Below are positions 9,645 to 20,000 of a stretch of 20,000 nt of DNA, in pieces; the stretch's first letter is position 1, and each line of letters begins with the position of its first letter. The notes under the pieces were generated by a model that ran no database searches, was not told the origin of the DNA, and saw only the letters and a program-made list of their open reading frames with translations. This DNA comes from Chiloscyllium plagiosum. Its lineage: Eukaryota. The stretch lies in NCBI RefSeq assembly GCF_004010195.1, contig NC_057719.1, forward strand, positions 6,072,309-6,092,308, written 5' to 3'. The position numbers were made by a program, and so were the translations under genes.

Positions 9645-9775
9645 TGAGGTACACAAGACATTGATTGCCATTCAGCCCTTCGAGCCTGCCCCACCATTCA
9701 ATAAGGTCATGGTTGATCTGATGTTAACCTTCTTGCATATCCCTTTGGCAATCAAGAGTCTATCTACCTCAAAGT
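9645..9775 (-). mobile_element. CR1 3' tail fragment
   Basis: 'gccattcagcccttcgagcctgccccaccattcaataaggtcatggttgatctg' is a typical CR1 3'UTR in reverse. Confidence 0.7.
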
Positions 9776-9844
9776 ATTCACTTTCTCTAGAGCATCTTCT
9801 GTTATTTGCTCATGCCATTTCCAGTCCCTTTGGTGTTTGCACGA

Positions 9845-10090
9845 TCTAATCTCTCCTGCTTCCAACCCTATCACACACCTCCCTTTTTGCTCTTTCCTGT
9901 TTTGCCCATTTCTTGTCCCACTGCACATGCCCACCTTTCCCAATTTAGAGATCGGTTCTTATCTGTAAACTCCTCAGTTTGAGTGGAGGTTAGTCAATCA
10001 GAAGCAATGTCCTCTCACTTTGCATAGCTGATTACTGACCTGTTAAACATTTTCAGGATTTCCCATTTTCAATCCAGCATCTCAGTTTCC
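9845..10090 (+). mobile_element. Old degenerate Penelope-like 3' end
   Basis: Pyrimidine-rich tract then 'ctgacctgttaaacattttcaggatttcc..tccagcatctcagttt', resembling the reverse complement of the ends of the 6370-7219 elements; hammerhead core eroded. Confidence 0.45.
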
Positions 10091-10398
10091 AACCTATTGT
10101 TAGAAGGCAGTGAAACAGGTGGGGGTGGTTCAGGCATGTTCTATTTCCAAATGGTTTAACCAAACTGGTAAATCAAACAAAGCCTAAGAGAGAGAAAAAA
10201 ATAAAAGTACAATTATGGAATTACGTGACACTGGCAAGGAAAGAACCTGCAGGGTCAACGATCGAGTTTGATCTGCCAATCAGCAGGATCATGCGGAATC
10301 TTTATCAATCACCTCCAAACCTGTTCTATCTTATTTTGAAACAACGCCTCCCACTTCAAAGAGTTTTGGAGAAAGAGTTTCTGATGGCAACTACTCTT

Positions 10399-10865
10399 TA
10401 GAGTCGTGGAGTCAGAGTCCTACAACATGGGGACAGGCCCTTCTGCCCAAACTGGTTCATGCCGACCAAAATGTCCAACCATGCTAACCCCATTTCCCTG
10501 CATTTGGCCCATATCCGTCTAAACCTTTCCTATCCATGTATTTGTCCAAATGCCTTTTAAACGTTGCTATTGTACCCACCTCAACAACTTCAGCTGGCAG
10601 CTCATTCCATGTGCATACACCCTCTGTGTAAAAAGGTTGCCCCTCAGGTTCCCTTTCATTCTTTCCCCTCTCTTTTTAAACTAATGCCCTCTAGTCCTTG
10701 ATTCCCCAACCCTGGGAAAAAGACTGAGTGCATTCACCCCATCAATGCCTCACATGACCTTATACACTTCTATAAGGTCCCCCTCAGTCTCTTATGCTCT
10801 AAAGAAAAAAGTGCTAACTTGTCCAACCTCTCCCTCGAACCATTGAGTTCTGGTAACATCATTGT
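10399..10865 (-). mobile_element. 5'-truncated CR1 LINE, 3' end
   Basis: Tail 'tagagtcgtggagtcagagtc' then CR1 3'UTR and ORF2 C-terminus; similar to 4396-5005 and 15407-15925. Confidence 0.85.
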
Positions 10866-11325
10866 ATTAAAGAAAACGATTTAAACATATCTTTCTCATT
10901 CTCTGTACTTTCATCCTATATTTTTTAGAAAACTTAAATAAAATGGAAGTCTCATAACGTAATGGCAAAGCCATCTCACGTTCTCGTAAACTCCCCTTCT
11001 TCCTATCTAAGTCTCTAAGCCTGACATCTAGTCACCAATCTTCCTTCTAAACTACACGGCCGTGTATTTGCTTGGAACTCTGCCCAGGCCAATGGGTATC
11101 GTCGCATTGCCTTCCAGTTCCAGGATACACACACCTCAGAAATCTGCACAGCAGCAAGAAAAATCACAGGGGATATAGCTAGTCCCAACATCATCAGGAA
11201 ACAATCCAACATATTCCTCTTGCAACAACTGACTTTCTTCTACTTGTCCTGGTCATTCCAACATCCTTGATGAGGCCAGTATGTTGAAATTTGCCAAGTC
11301 ATTTCCCAAGGTGAAATCAATTACA
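10866..11325 (-). pseudogene. Gypsy (Gmr1-like) pol remnant: protease C-terminus and linker
   Basis: Minus translation from 11323 gives VIDFTLGNDLANFNILASSRMLE*PGQVEESQLLQEEYVGLFPDDVGTS (cf. recalled GIDLILGNDLAG...PGIFPECVVTRS); a weaker DMFKSFSLI lies near 10866-10892. Confidence 0.7.
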
Positions 11326-12658
11326 GACTCCAGCTTCTCACTACGGTCTGAAGTCCCCACCTGCTTCCAGAGGTCCATCATCCTGGAGCCAAAGCAAAAT
11401 CATGCAGCTTGCCTGAATGACTGACACCCAGTAGCTCTGACCTCCATAACTATGAAGTGCTTCGAGAGGTTAGTCATGGCTCACATTAACTCCAGCCTCC
11501 CAGCCTGCCTTGATCCTTTGCGATTCGCCTACTGGCACAACAGTTCCACAGCAGATGCCATCTCCCTGGTCCTACACTCATCCCTGGAACGTCTGGATAA
11601 CAAGGATACCTACATCAGGCTCCCACTTATTGACTACAGTTCCGCCTTCAACACCACAATTCCAAACAAACTCATCTCTGAACTCCGTGGTCTTGGCTCT
11701 CTCCTCTGTAACTGGATCCTCGACCTCCTGACCCATAGACCACAGTCAGTAAGAACAGGTGACAGCACCTCCTCCATGATAATCCTCAACACCAGAGCCC
11801 CGCAAGGCTGTGTACTCAGCCCTCTACTATACTCCTTATACATAAACCACTGTGTCGCCAAATTCTGCACTAACTCCATTTCCTAGTTTGCTGACGACAC
11901 CATTGTTGTAGGTTGGATCTCAAACAATGATGAGGTGGAATACAGGAAAGACATGGTTTGCTTAGCTGCATGGCGTTAAGACAACAATCTCTCCTTTCTG
12001 GTTATTGGCTTCAGAAAGTGGAGTGGAGGGAATGCCTCTGTCTGTATCAGTGGAGCTGAGGGTGGAGACGGTGGAGAGCATCAAGTTCCTGGGAGTGATG
12101 ATCACCATCATCCACCCACATCGACACCTCTACTTCCTCAGGAGGCTAAGGAAATTTGGGATCAATACTAGAAATTGCTGGAAAAACTCAGAATTCGAGC
12201 AGCATTTGTGGAGAGTGGCTTCAGTTTTTAACAAGGGAATTCAGCACGTCCACAAGAACTCTCATCAAGAGATGCACCGTAGAAGGCATCCTGTCTGGAT
12301 CCATCACTGTGTGGTATGGCAACTGCACTTCCCAACACTGTGAGAAACTACAAAGAGTCATGAACACAGCCCAGTCCATCACTCAAGCCAGCCTTCTAGT
12401 CTCTACCATTCTCTTCCATCAGGTAGAAGATAGGTACATTCAAACATTTATATGAACAAATTCAAGAATAGCTTCTTCCCTGCTGTTACCAGACTTTTGA
12501 ACAGGCCACTCAAATGTTAATTGTGATCTCTCTCTCTGCACCTTCTATTCTCTGTTCTGCTTCCCTGACGCACTCTGTCAATTTGCCTGCATAACGTGCA
12601 AAACAACACTTTTCACTGTATCCCGGTATATGTGACAACAATACACCAGTCAATCAAC
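11326..12658 (+). mobile_element. 5'-truncated Rex1/Babar-clade LINE with disrupted RT
   Basis: [27 protein letters not shown]...IDYSSAFNT...[14 protein letters not shown]...*FADD, then LYFLRRLRKFG and WYGNCT; tail 'tgtgacaacaat..gtcaatcaa'; contains stops and frameshifts. Confidence 0.88.
12160..12232. mobile_element. Short Penelope-derived fragment inserted in the Rex element
   Basis: 'gaaattgctggaaaaactcag..gcagcatttgtggagag' interrupts RRLRKFG|xSTRTL; degenerate duplication aaggaaatttgg / aagggaattcag flanks it. Confidence 0.55.
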
Positions 12659-12993
12659 ATACAAGGTCACTCTTCTATCCGATTGTGTATAATGGGGCTG
12701 GTTTGTAATCTCTACCTATAACTCCAATTCATATTTTTCTCCGTCATTAGCTCCTCTGGAAGACCATTTGTGTCATTAGCCAGCAGAAGCAATTGACATG
12801 TTCCTGTGTCTGTAAAAACCATTAATGCTTTACCTCATTCAGTCAAAGGATGAATAAATACCTCTCCCTGTGATCATAACTGTCCCGAGCCATCTCCCCT
12901 TTCTAATCAATGCTGAGGGAACACACTGTTCCTCTATCACTGCTACAGTTTATACCCCCTTTTCCTTTTCTGATACACTCTTTGCTTAAGGTT
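12659..12993 (-). pseudogene. Gypsy (Gmr1-like) aspartic protease remnant
   Basis: Minus translation SQGEVFIHPLTE*GKALMVFTDTGTCQLLLL...LPEELMTEK, then after a frameshift GVIGRDYKPAPLYTIG*KSDLV; catalytic D-T-G codons at 12802-12810. Confidence 0.75.
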
Positions 12994-13690
12994 CATTGGG
13001 TGAGATTCTGAATGTTTACTTTGCATCAGTGTTCACTGAGGAGAGGAACATGATGAATGTTGAGATTAGAAATAAAAGTTTGATTAGTCTGGATTATGTT
13101 GACATAAGTAGGGAAGCTGTGTTGGGTATGCTAGAGGTTATTAAGGTGGACAAATCCCCAGGACCGGTTGGGATCTATCCCAGGTTTCTGAGGGAGGCGA
13201 GAGAGGAAATAGCTGGGGCCCTGACAGGTATCTTTGTAACATCCTTAAATACAGGTGAGGTGCCGGAGGACTGGAAGGTTGCTCATGTTGTCCCCCTGTA
13301 CAAGAAGGGTAGTAGGGATATTTCAGGTAACTACAGACTAATGAGCCTGACGTCAGTGGTGGGAAAGTTGCTGAAAAAGGGACTGAGGGATAGGATCTAT
13401 TTATATTTAGAAAGAATGGGCTTATCAGTGATAGGCAACATGGTTTTGTGCGGGGGAGATCGTGCCTTACCACCTTAAGAGTTCTTAGAGTAAGTGACCA
13501 AGTTGATAGATGAAGGAAGGGCTGTTGATGTCATATACATGGACTTTGGTAAGGCATTTGATAAGGTCCCCATTGTTAGACTAATGGAGAAAGTGAAGTC
13601 ACATGGTGTGCAGGATGTTCTAGCTAGGTGGATAAAGAACTGGTTGAGCAACAGGAGACAGAGAGTAGTAGTTGAAGGGAGTTTCTCGAA

Positions 13691-13948
13691 NNNNNNNNNN
13701 NNNNNNNNNNNNNNNNNNNNNNNNNNNNNNNNNNNNNNNNNNNNNNNNNNNNNNNNNNNNNNNNNNNNNNNNNNNNNNNNNNNNNNNNNNNNNNNNNNNN
13801 NNNNNNNNNNNNNNNNNNNNNNNNNNNNNNNNNNNNNNNNNNNNNNNNNNNNNNNNNNNNNNNNNNNNNNNNNNNNNNNNNNNNNNNNNNNNNNNNNNNN
13901 NNNNNNNNNNNNNNNNNNNNNNNNNNNNNNNNNNNNNNNNNNNNNNNN
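13691..13948. other. Assembly gap (258 N)
   Basis: Run of N bases. Confidence 1.
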
Positions 13949-14163
13949 TGGAAGGTGCTAGCTATGAAGAGAGGTTGAGTAGGTTAGGATTGTTTTCATT
14001 AGAAAAAAGGAGATTGAGGGGGGACCTGATTGAGGTTTACAAAATCATGAAGGGTATAGACAGGATGGATAGAGACAAGCTTTTTCCCAGGGTGAAGGAT
14101 TCAATAACGAGAGGTCACTCTTTCAAGGTGAGAGGTGGAAAGTTTAAGGGGGATACACGCGGC

Positions 14164-14329
14164 CACAGAGGGTAGTGGGTGTTTGGAACACGTTGCCAGC
14201 AGAGGTAGTAGAGGCAAGCACGGTAGATTCATTTAAGGTGTGTCTCACACAGAGGGTGATGGGTGTCTGGAACGTGTTGCCAGCAGAGGTAGTAGAGGCA
14301 GGAACGGTAGATTCATTTAAGATGCGTCT
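14164..14329 (+). repeat. 82-bp tandem duplication inside the CR1 3' region
   Basis: 14164-14245 versus 14248-14329, 9 mismatches by manual alignment. Confidence 0.9.
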
Positions 14330-14460
14330 GGATAGATGCATGAGTTAATGGGGAGCAGAGGGATACAGATGCTTAGGAATTTAGACAGTAGATTTGAATC
14401 AGCTCAGGCTTGGAAGGCCGAAGGGCCTGAACCTGGGCTGTAAATTTTCTTTGTTCTATT

Positions 14461-15406
14461 CCTACTACCGCAATGGATCTCCCATTTAACTTCCAGAAAC
14501 TTTTAGTTTTAGTATGCCCTGTCTTATTATGATAGAAGCAAATTATTTTCTTTCTATCACTTTTCAGTCCTAACTTTTCTGTATTATTTTAGCATTCCTC
14601 TGTATTCTTCATAAAACTAATACTATTTCCATCTCTAAATTTTCTATTTCTCCAATTTCCTTGTTGATTTCCCCACATGAGATATTACGGTCGAGAGTGT
14701 CACATTCCCCAGTGTGGGATATCATGGGTACCTGTCAGAACAGCCACTTCACAAATCGCTGATACTTGACACTGATCTAAGTAAGGATTGCCAGAATACT
14801 ATTTCAGAGTTCTTCTATAATTATGAATTCTCTTACTTTCTCAACACTTTTCTCTAATTTTGATGATCACAACTATGGACCACATAGCAATTCTGTTTCC
14901 CTGTAAAATGTTACAAATAAGAGATGAGGTTTCTTTCCTAATGCCGTAAATTTTAACGGAGATAGTTCAGAGACAAGTCCATAAGTATTGGGCATTTCCT
15001 TTTTAATAATGTTACAGTCTGAAGACAATTTTTCTGCTGAATATACACGTAGCTGTATTGATCAAGACACTTCGGGATAATTAATGTCCAAACATCTTTT
15101 GACCACGTCATCTTCCCAGCTGTCTTTACAAATGAGGTGAAATATCTTCCATCTCCTTTCTCTGTAAATGTAGACAATTCAGCAGGTTTCTACTTAAATC
15201 ACATCCCTCATTGGAATCAGAATGATCCTCCCAGTTATCCCCTCTCCTTTCTTTGTTTCCTCTGAGCTTCTCTCTGTCAATGTCATGTTGTTTGAGTTCT
15301 CTGTCTCTTTAAGGATCATGTTTTTTAATCCCATTCCCCTTTCCATTACTTGTTCTTTTTCTTTCTCCTCACTTTTTTAATTGGCGGTTTCTTATTTCTA
15401 GTCCTT
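14461..15406 (-). pseudogene. Gypsy (Gmr1-like) gag remnant: coiled coil, capsid/SCAN-related region, zinc knuckle
   Basis: Minus translation with frameshifts: FTEKGDGRYFTSFVKTAGKMTWSKDVWTLII; IIKKEMPNTYGLVSE..KFTALGKKPHLLFVTFYRETELLC; EKVREFIIIEEL*NSI; YLDQCQVSAICEVAVL; KIICFYHNKTGHTKTKSFWKLNG (decayed CX2CX4HX4C, first Cys codon at 14538-14540). Confidence 0.8.
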
Positions 15407-15925
15407 ATAGAGCAATAGAGTCAGGCAGCATCCTTTGGTCCAACCAATCTATGCCGACTATAATCCCAAACTAAACTCGTCCCATCTGCCTGCTCCTGGA
15501 CCATATTCCTCCAAGCCTTTCCTATTCATGTACTTACCTAAATGTTGTTTAAATGTTATAACTGGACCCACAGGCACCACTTCCTCAAAAGTTCATTCCA
15601 ACACATGAACCGTCCTCTGTGTAAAATAATTGGCCCTGACTTTTTAAAAATCTCTCTCTTCTCACCTTAAAACTGCGTCCCCTAGTCTTGAAAGCCCCAC
15701 CCTAGGGAAAAGACACTTGCCATTAACCATATCTACATCCCTCATGATTTTATAAACCCCTATAAGGTCACCTCTCAACCTTCTATGTTCCACTGACAAA
15801 AGTCCCAGCCTATCCAGCCTCTCCTTATAACTCAAACCCTCCATTCCCTGCAATATCTTGTTAAATCTCTTCTGAATCCTCTCCAGCTGAATAATATCCT
15901 TCCTATAACAGAGTGACCAGAAATG
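15407..15925 (-). mobile_element. 5'-truncated CR1 LINE inserted into Gypsy gag
   Basis: Minus ORF GMEGLSYKERLDRLGLLSVEHRRLRGDLIGVYKIMR; tail 'tatagagcaatagagtc'. Confidence 0.88.
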
Positions 15926-16300
15926 ATGACAGCATTTTTTAAACTTTCTGTCTTTTTCAATTTCTCGTTTTCCTTCATTTAAATTTCCTCATTCCTCTTT
16001 CTCTTTCTCCTCCAGTTCAGGCCTTCTCACCTCTCTCCCACCCTCCATGTCATTTTTCTTTTCATTTTGAACTGTATTTTTAGTTAATTCTTTTGATCAC
16101 GCATTAAGTTCAGATGGCCCTCCTTTTAATTCTAAATGTTGAATAATCATTTTAAGCATCTAATCCATGCTAGATCCTGGTTTTATTTCAACCTTCAATT
16201 AACCAAAAAATCTCACAGTTTAACCTCCGCCCAAAGCTGTGAAATATTCTCTTGTTATATTTTCTACTCCCGAGAAAACCTTAGCAACATTCATAGCCAT
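15926..16300 (-). pseudogene. Gypsy gag N-terminus remnant
   Basis: ATG at 16300 reads MAMNVAKVFSGVENITREYFTALG, then LKMIIQHLEL and a purine-rich E/K/R coiled-coil-like stretch that resumes at 15406. Confidence 0.65.
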
Positions 16301-16417
16301 TTGGAAAGTCCACTCTGTGAAATGTACTTCACAACAATGCTCCTGTTTTATGCTCAGAACCTCCAAGCACTTATTTCTTTACAGATTCACAGATCCCTCT
16401 TATTTAATAATTTTTTT

Positions 16418-16435
16418 ATCCTACCGAAATCCCCA
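16418..16435 (-). promoter_or_regulatory. Degenerate primer-binding site
   Basis: Minus-strand TGGGGATTTCGGTAGGAT, 4 nt from the inferred LTR end; 10 of 18 positions match the tRNA-Pro PBS TGGGGGCTCGTCCGGGAT. Confidence 0.45.
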
Positions 16436-16439
16436 AATT

Positions 16440-17626
16440 TATTATGATCCCAGCTGATGACAATAACGGACAAGTCAGATTCCAAACTGAAACCTGCTTA
16501 ATAAGTGATAAAGTTAAACAATTGTGATTGTGATACTGTGGTGATCAGTCACTGAAAGTATTCACAAGAGGCTGCCAATGTACTTTTAATAAAATAACAG
16601 ATTTATTACACAAAATACAGTCTAATAATAAAAAGTTCTAACAGACAATTTGGAAACAGCACAAAGAAAGATTTGATCCTTTTTGTCAGCATTGCACTCA
16701 GCTGAAAAATCATTCCTATCTTCACTCACAATTTCTTACTCAACTGACAAGGTCTCTCATAATTCCTTTTGGTGACTTTCTGTTGGGGAGATGTTTCCAC
16801 TGGTAGGAGAAAAGGGAAGACCTTTTAGAACAGAGATAAGGAGAAACATCTTCAGCCAGAGAGTGGGGAATCTATGGAATTCACTGCCACTGAAGGCTGT
16901 GGAGGCCGGGTCATTGAGTACCTTTCAGACTGAGATAGATAGATTCTTGATTGTCAAGGGGATCAAGGGTTACAGGGAGAAAGCAGGAGAATGGGGTTGA
17001 GAAACTTATCAGCCATGATTGAATGGTGGAGCAGACTCGATGGGCTGAATGGCCGAATGTCTGCTCCAATGACTTATGGTCTTTCTGCACATTAGCCAGA
17101 TGTGATTCTCACTCACACAGTGACATAGAGACACAGGCTAACTCACTGGTGTTTGTCTTACTAAATCCTAAAACAATCCCAGCACTTTCTCTAGCAATGT
17201 TCACTTGCTCTGCAAAAGTAGTTTCAGACTCCTTTCCAGCTCTGATGGCCTGGAGACCACCAAAGACAAAAATTGTCCTTCTGCTGGTTTACATCTGCTT
17301 GCGGCTCCTGACCACTCTTTCTTGACATGTTAAAACACACCAGCAATTTTCGCATCAGGTCGTGTATCTAGTCATTTAGCTTAAGTTACAAACTTTCTTG
17401 GATGTGCTGTTTTGACCTCAATGTCAAAAATGATTTTCTGACCTGTTAAAAAAATTGCCTTAAAGACCTAAAACAAAAGCTCTTTTACTTCTAGAATCCA
17501 AGCCTTAGTTAATAATAATATATTATAAACCTTTGTCACACTTTCCTACCTACCGTTACATCATCAGGAAATGTGGTTATAACACACTTGGCACCTTCAT
17601 TCAAGTCATTAATATAGATCATAATA
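16440..17626 (-). repeat. Putative 5' LTR of the Gypsy element; distal end uncertain (17540, 17560, 17584 or 17626)
   Basis: Adjacent to the PBS and upstream of gag; minus-strand AATAAA at 16602-16607; perfect 10-bp inverted repeat tattatgatc (16440-16449) / gatcataata (17617-17626). Confidence 0.55.
16783..17080 (+). mobile_element. Short CR1 3' end inserted in the LTR
   Basis: FRTEIRRNIFSQRVGNLWNSLP (ORF2 end), tail 'cttatggt'; candidate 7-bp TSD ctttctg at 16776-16782 and 17081-17087. Confidence 0.85.
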
Positions 17627-17629
17627 TAG

Positions 17630-19570
17630 TTGCTGGTCTAATGAAGAGATCAGGAGGACATGCCAGGAGCAGCACCAGGCAGACCTGAAGATGAGGTGTT
17701 AACCTGGTGAAGCTACCAAACAGGACTACTTCCATGCCAAACAGCATAAGCAACAAGTGATAGATATAGCTCAGTGATCCCACAGTCACTGGATCAATTC
17801 TAAGCTCTGCAGTCCTGCCACATCCAGTTGTGAATTGTGGTGGATGATTAAACAACCCACTGGAGGGGGAGAGTCCACAAATATCCACATCCTCAATGTT
17901 GGAGGATCTCAGCACATCGGAGCAAAAGATAAGGCTGAAGCTTTCACAGCAATCTTCAGCCAGAAGTGCCCAATGGACGATCCATCTTGGACTCCTCCAG
18001 TAATCCTCAATATTACAGATACCAGTCTTTACTCCATATATTGGAAGCACTGGATACTGCAAAAGATACAATTGACAACATTCAGGCAATAGTACTGAAG
18101 GTCTGTGCTCCAGAACCTGTCGCTCCCCTTGTCAAGCTGTTCCAGTCCAGTTACAACACTGGCATCTACTCAACAATGTCAAAAATTGCCCAAGTATGCA
18201 AAAACCAGGATAAATCCAACCCGGCCAATTACTGCCCCATCAATCTACTCTTGCTCATCAGTAAGGGGCATCAACCGTGCTATCCAGCAGCATCTGCTCA
18301 GCAATAACCTGCTCAGTGACGCCCAGTTTGGGTTCTGCCAGGGCCACTCAGCTCCTGACCTCATTACAGCCTTGGTTCAAACATGGACAAAAGGAGCTGA
18401 ATTCCAGAGGGGAGGGGAGAGGGCCAGCCTCTGACAACTAGGCTGCATTCGACTGAGTGTGGTATTAAGGAGCCCTGGCTAATTCCGGAATCAATGTATC
18501 TCGGGGGAAAACTCTCCAGTGGTAAGAGTCATACGTGACACAAAGGAAGATGATTGTGGTTGTTGGAGATCAGTCATCTCAGCTGCAGGACATCTCTGCA
18601 GGAGTCCCTCAGGGTTGTGTCCTAGGCCCAACCATCTTCAGCTGCTTCATCAATGATCTTCACTCCATCGTAAGGTCAGAGGTGGGGATTTTCGCTGATG
18701 ATTGCACAATGTTCAGCACCATTCGCACTCCTCAGATGCAGCAACAGTCCGTGTCCAAATGCAACAAGATCTGGACAATATCCAGGCTTGGGCTTACAAG
18801 TGGCAAGTAACTTTTGTGCCACACAAATGTCAGGTAATGACCATCACCAATAAGAGACGATCTAACCACTGTCCCTTGATATTCAATGGTGTTACCATCA
18901 CTGAATCCCCCAATGTCAACATTCTGGGAGTTATCATTGACCTTAGACTCAACTGGACTCACTACATAAACTCAGTCTATACAAAAGCAGCTCAGAGGCT
19001 GGGACTCCTGCAGCAAGTAACTCACCTCTTGACTCCCCAAAGCCTGTCCACCATCTACAAGGCACAAGTCAGGAGTGTGATGGATTACTCCCCACTTGCC
19101 TGGACGGGGGCAGCTCCAACAACGCTCAAGACCAACAACGCCATCCAGGACAAAGCAGCCGCTTGATTGGCACCACATCCACAAGCATCCACTCCCTCCA
19201 GCACCCATGTTCAGTAGCAGCAGTGTGTACTATCCACAGGATGCACTGCAAAAATTCACCAAAGATCCTCTGTTTAGCACCTTCCAAACCCACGGCCACT
19301 TCCATCTAGAAGGACGAGGGCAGCAGATACATGGGAACACCATCAGCTTCACTTTCCCCTCCAAGCCGCTCACCAACCCGGCTTGGAAATATATCGCTAT
19401 CGCTGGGTCAAAATCTTGGAATTCCCTCCCTAAGGGCATTGTGGGAAAACCAATAGCACATGGAAGGCAGTAGTTTAAAATGGCAGCTCACCCCCACCTT
19501 CTCAAGGGACAACTAGGGACATGTAATAAATACTGGGCCCAGCCAGCGACACCCACAAACTAAAAAGAAT
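17630..19570 (+). mobile_element. 5'-truncated CR1/L2-group LINE of a second family, disrupted ORF2 through the 3' end
   Basis: LKVCAPEPVAPLVKLFQ, SNPANYCPINLL, QFGFCQGHS, SAGVPQGCVLGPTIFSCFINDL...FADD and LSTIYKAQVRSVMDYS across several frames; ends 'ccagccagcgacacccacaaactaaaaagaa'. Confidence 0.88.
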
Positions 19571-19632
19571 GTTGAGGCTAAAGTTCTGATCCACATGGCA
19601 TCCAACAAGTTATAGCTGGTCAACCTGAAAAT

Positions 19633-20000
19633 AATAGAACATAGAACAATACAGCACAGAACAGGCCCTTCGGCCCACGATGTTGTGCCGAACATTTGTC
19701 CTAGCTTAAGCACCCATCCATGTACCTATCCAATTGCCGCTTAAAGGTCACCAATGATTCTGACTCTGCCACTCCCACAGGCAGAGCATTCCATGCCCCC
19801 ACCACTCTCTGGGTAAAGAACCCACCCCTGACATCTCCCCTATACCTTCCACCCTTCACCTTAAATTTATGTCCCCTTGTAACACTCTGTTGTACCCAGG
19901 GAAAAAGTTTCTGACTGTCTACTCTATCTATTCCTCTGATCATCTTATAAACCTCTATCAAGTCACCCCTCATCCTTCACCGTTCCAACGAGAAAAGGCC
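19633..20000 (-). mobile_element. Young CR1 LINE 3' end, continuing beyond the window
   Basis: Uninterrupted minus ORF RGDLIEVYKMIRGIDRV...FFTQRVVGAWNALP...FKRQLDRYMDG; tail 'atagaacatagaaca'; CpGs retained. Confidence 0.92.

Larger units (their letters stand above)
12994..14460 (+). mobile_element. 5'-truncated CR1 LINE, ORF2 RT region to 3' tail, spanning the gap
   Basis: GEILNVYFASVFT, KSPGPVGIYPRFL, VPEDWKVAHVVPLYKKG, VDVIYMDFGKAFDKVP and YEERLSRLGLFSLEKRRLRGDLIEVYK; frameshifted; tail 'ttctttgttctatt'. Confidence 0.92.

Noticed and set aside
10200..10398. Continuation of Gypsy pol (integrase) or a host exon beyond the CR1
   Set aside because: Manual translation on both strands shows no integrase or other recognisable motif
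11452..13690. Functional reverse transcriptase genes
   Set aside because: All are 5'-truncated LINE fragments with stops and frameshifts; ORFs crossing 13691-13948 are inflated by N bases
16529..17540. Separate solo LTR bounded by TGTGATA...TGTCACA
   Set aside because: No flanking TSD and no PBS next to 16529; the PBS-adjacent boundary at 16440 fits better

Overview
Non-coding, repeat-dense eukaryotic DNA. The CR1, L2, Rex1/Babar, Deu-domain SINE and Penelope-derived repeats match, by recall, those of cartilaginous fish (probably a shark). No intact host protein-coding gene is supported; most ORF-track entries are LINE fragments or chance ORFs. Two structures are not evident from the ORF track. 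(1) A decayed minus-strand Gypsy/Ty3 LTR retrotransposon of the Gmr1-like type, spanning about 10866-17626. It has a 5' LTR, a degenerate PBS, gag with a capsid/SCAN-related region and zinc knuckle, and a DTG protease, and it is split by four nested LINE insertions and bordered by a fifth. (2) Three short Penelope-derived elements at 6370-7219, each with its own 13-17 bp flanking direct repeat and carrying hammerhead-ribozyme core motifs (CUGAUGA-stem-GAAA). A 258-nt assembly gap lies at 13691-13948. Family names come from manual translation and recall, not database searches, and boundaries are approximate.
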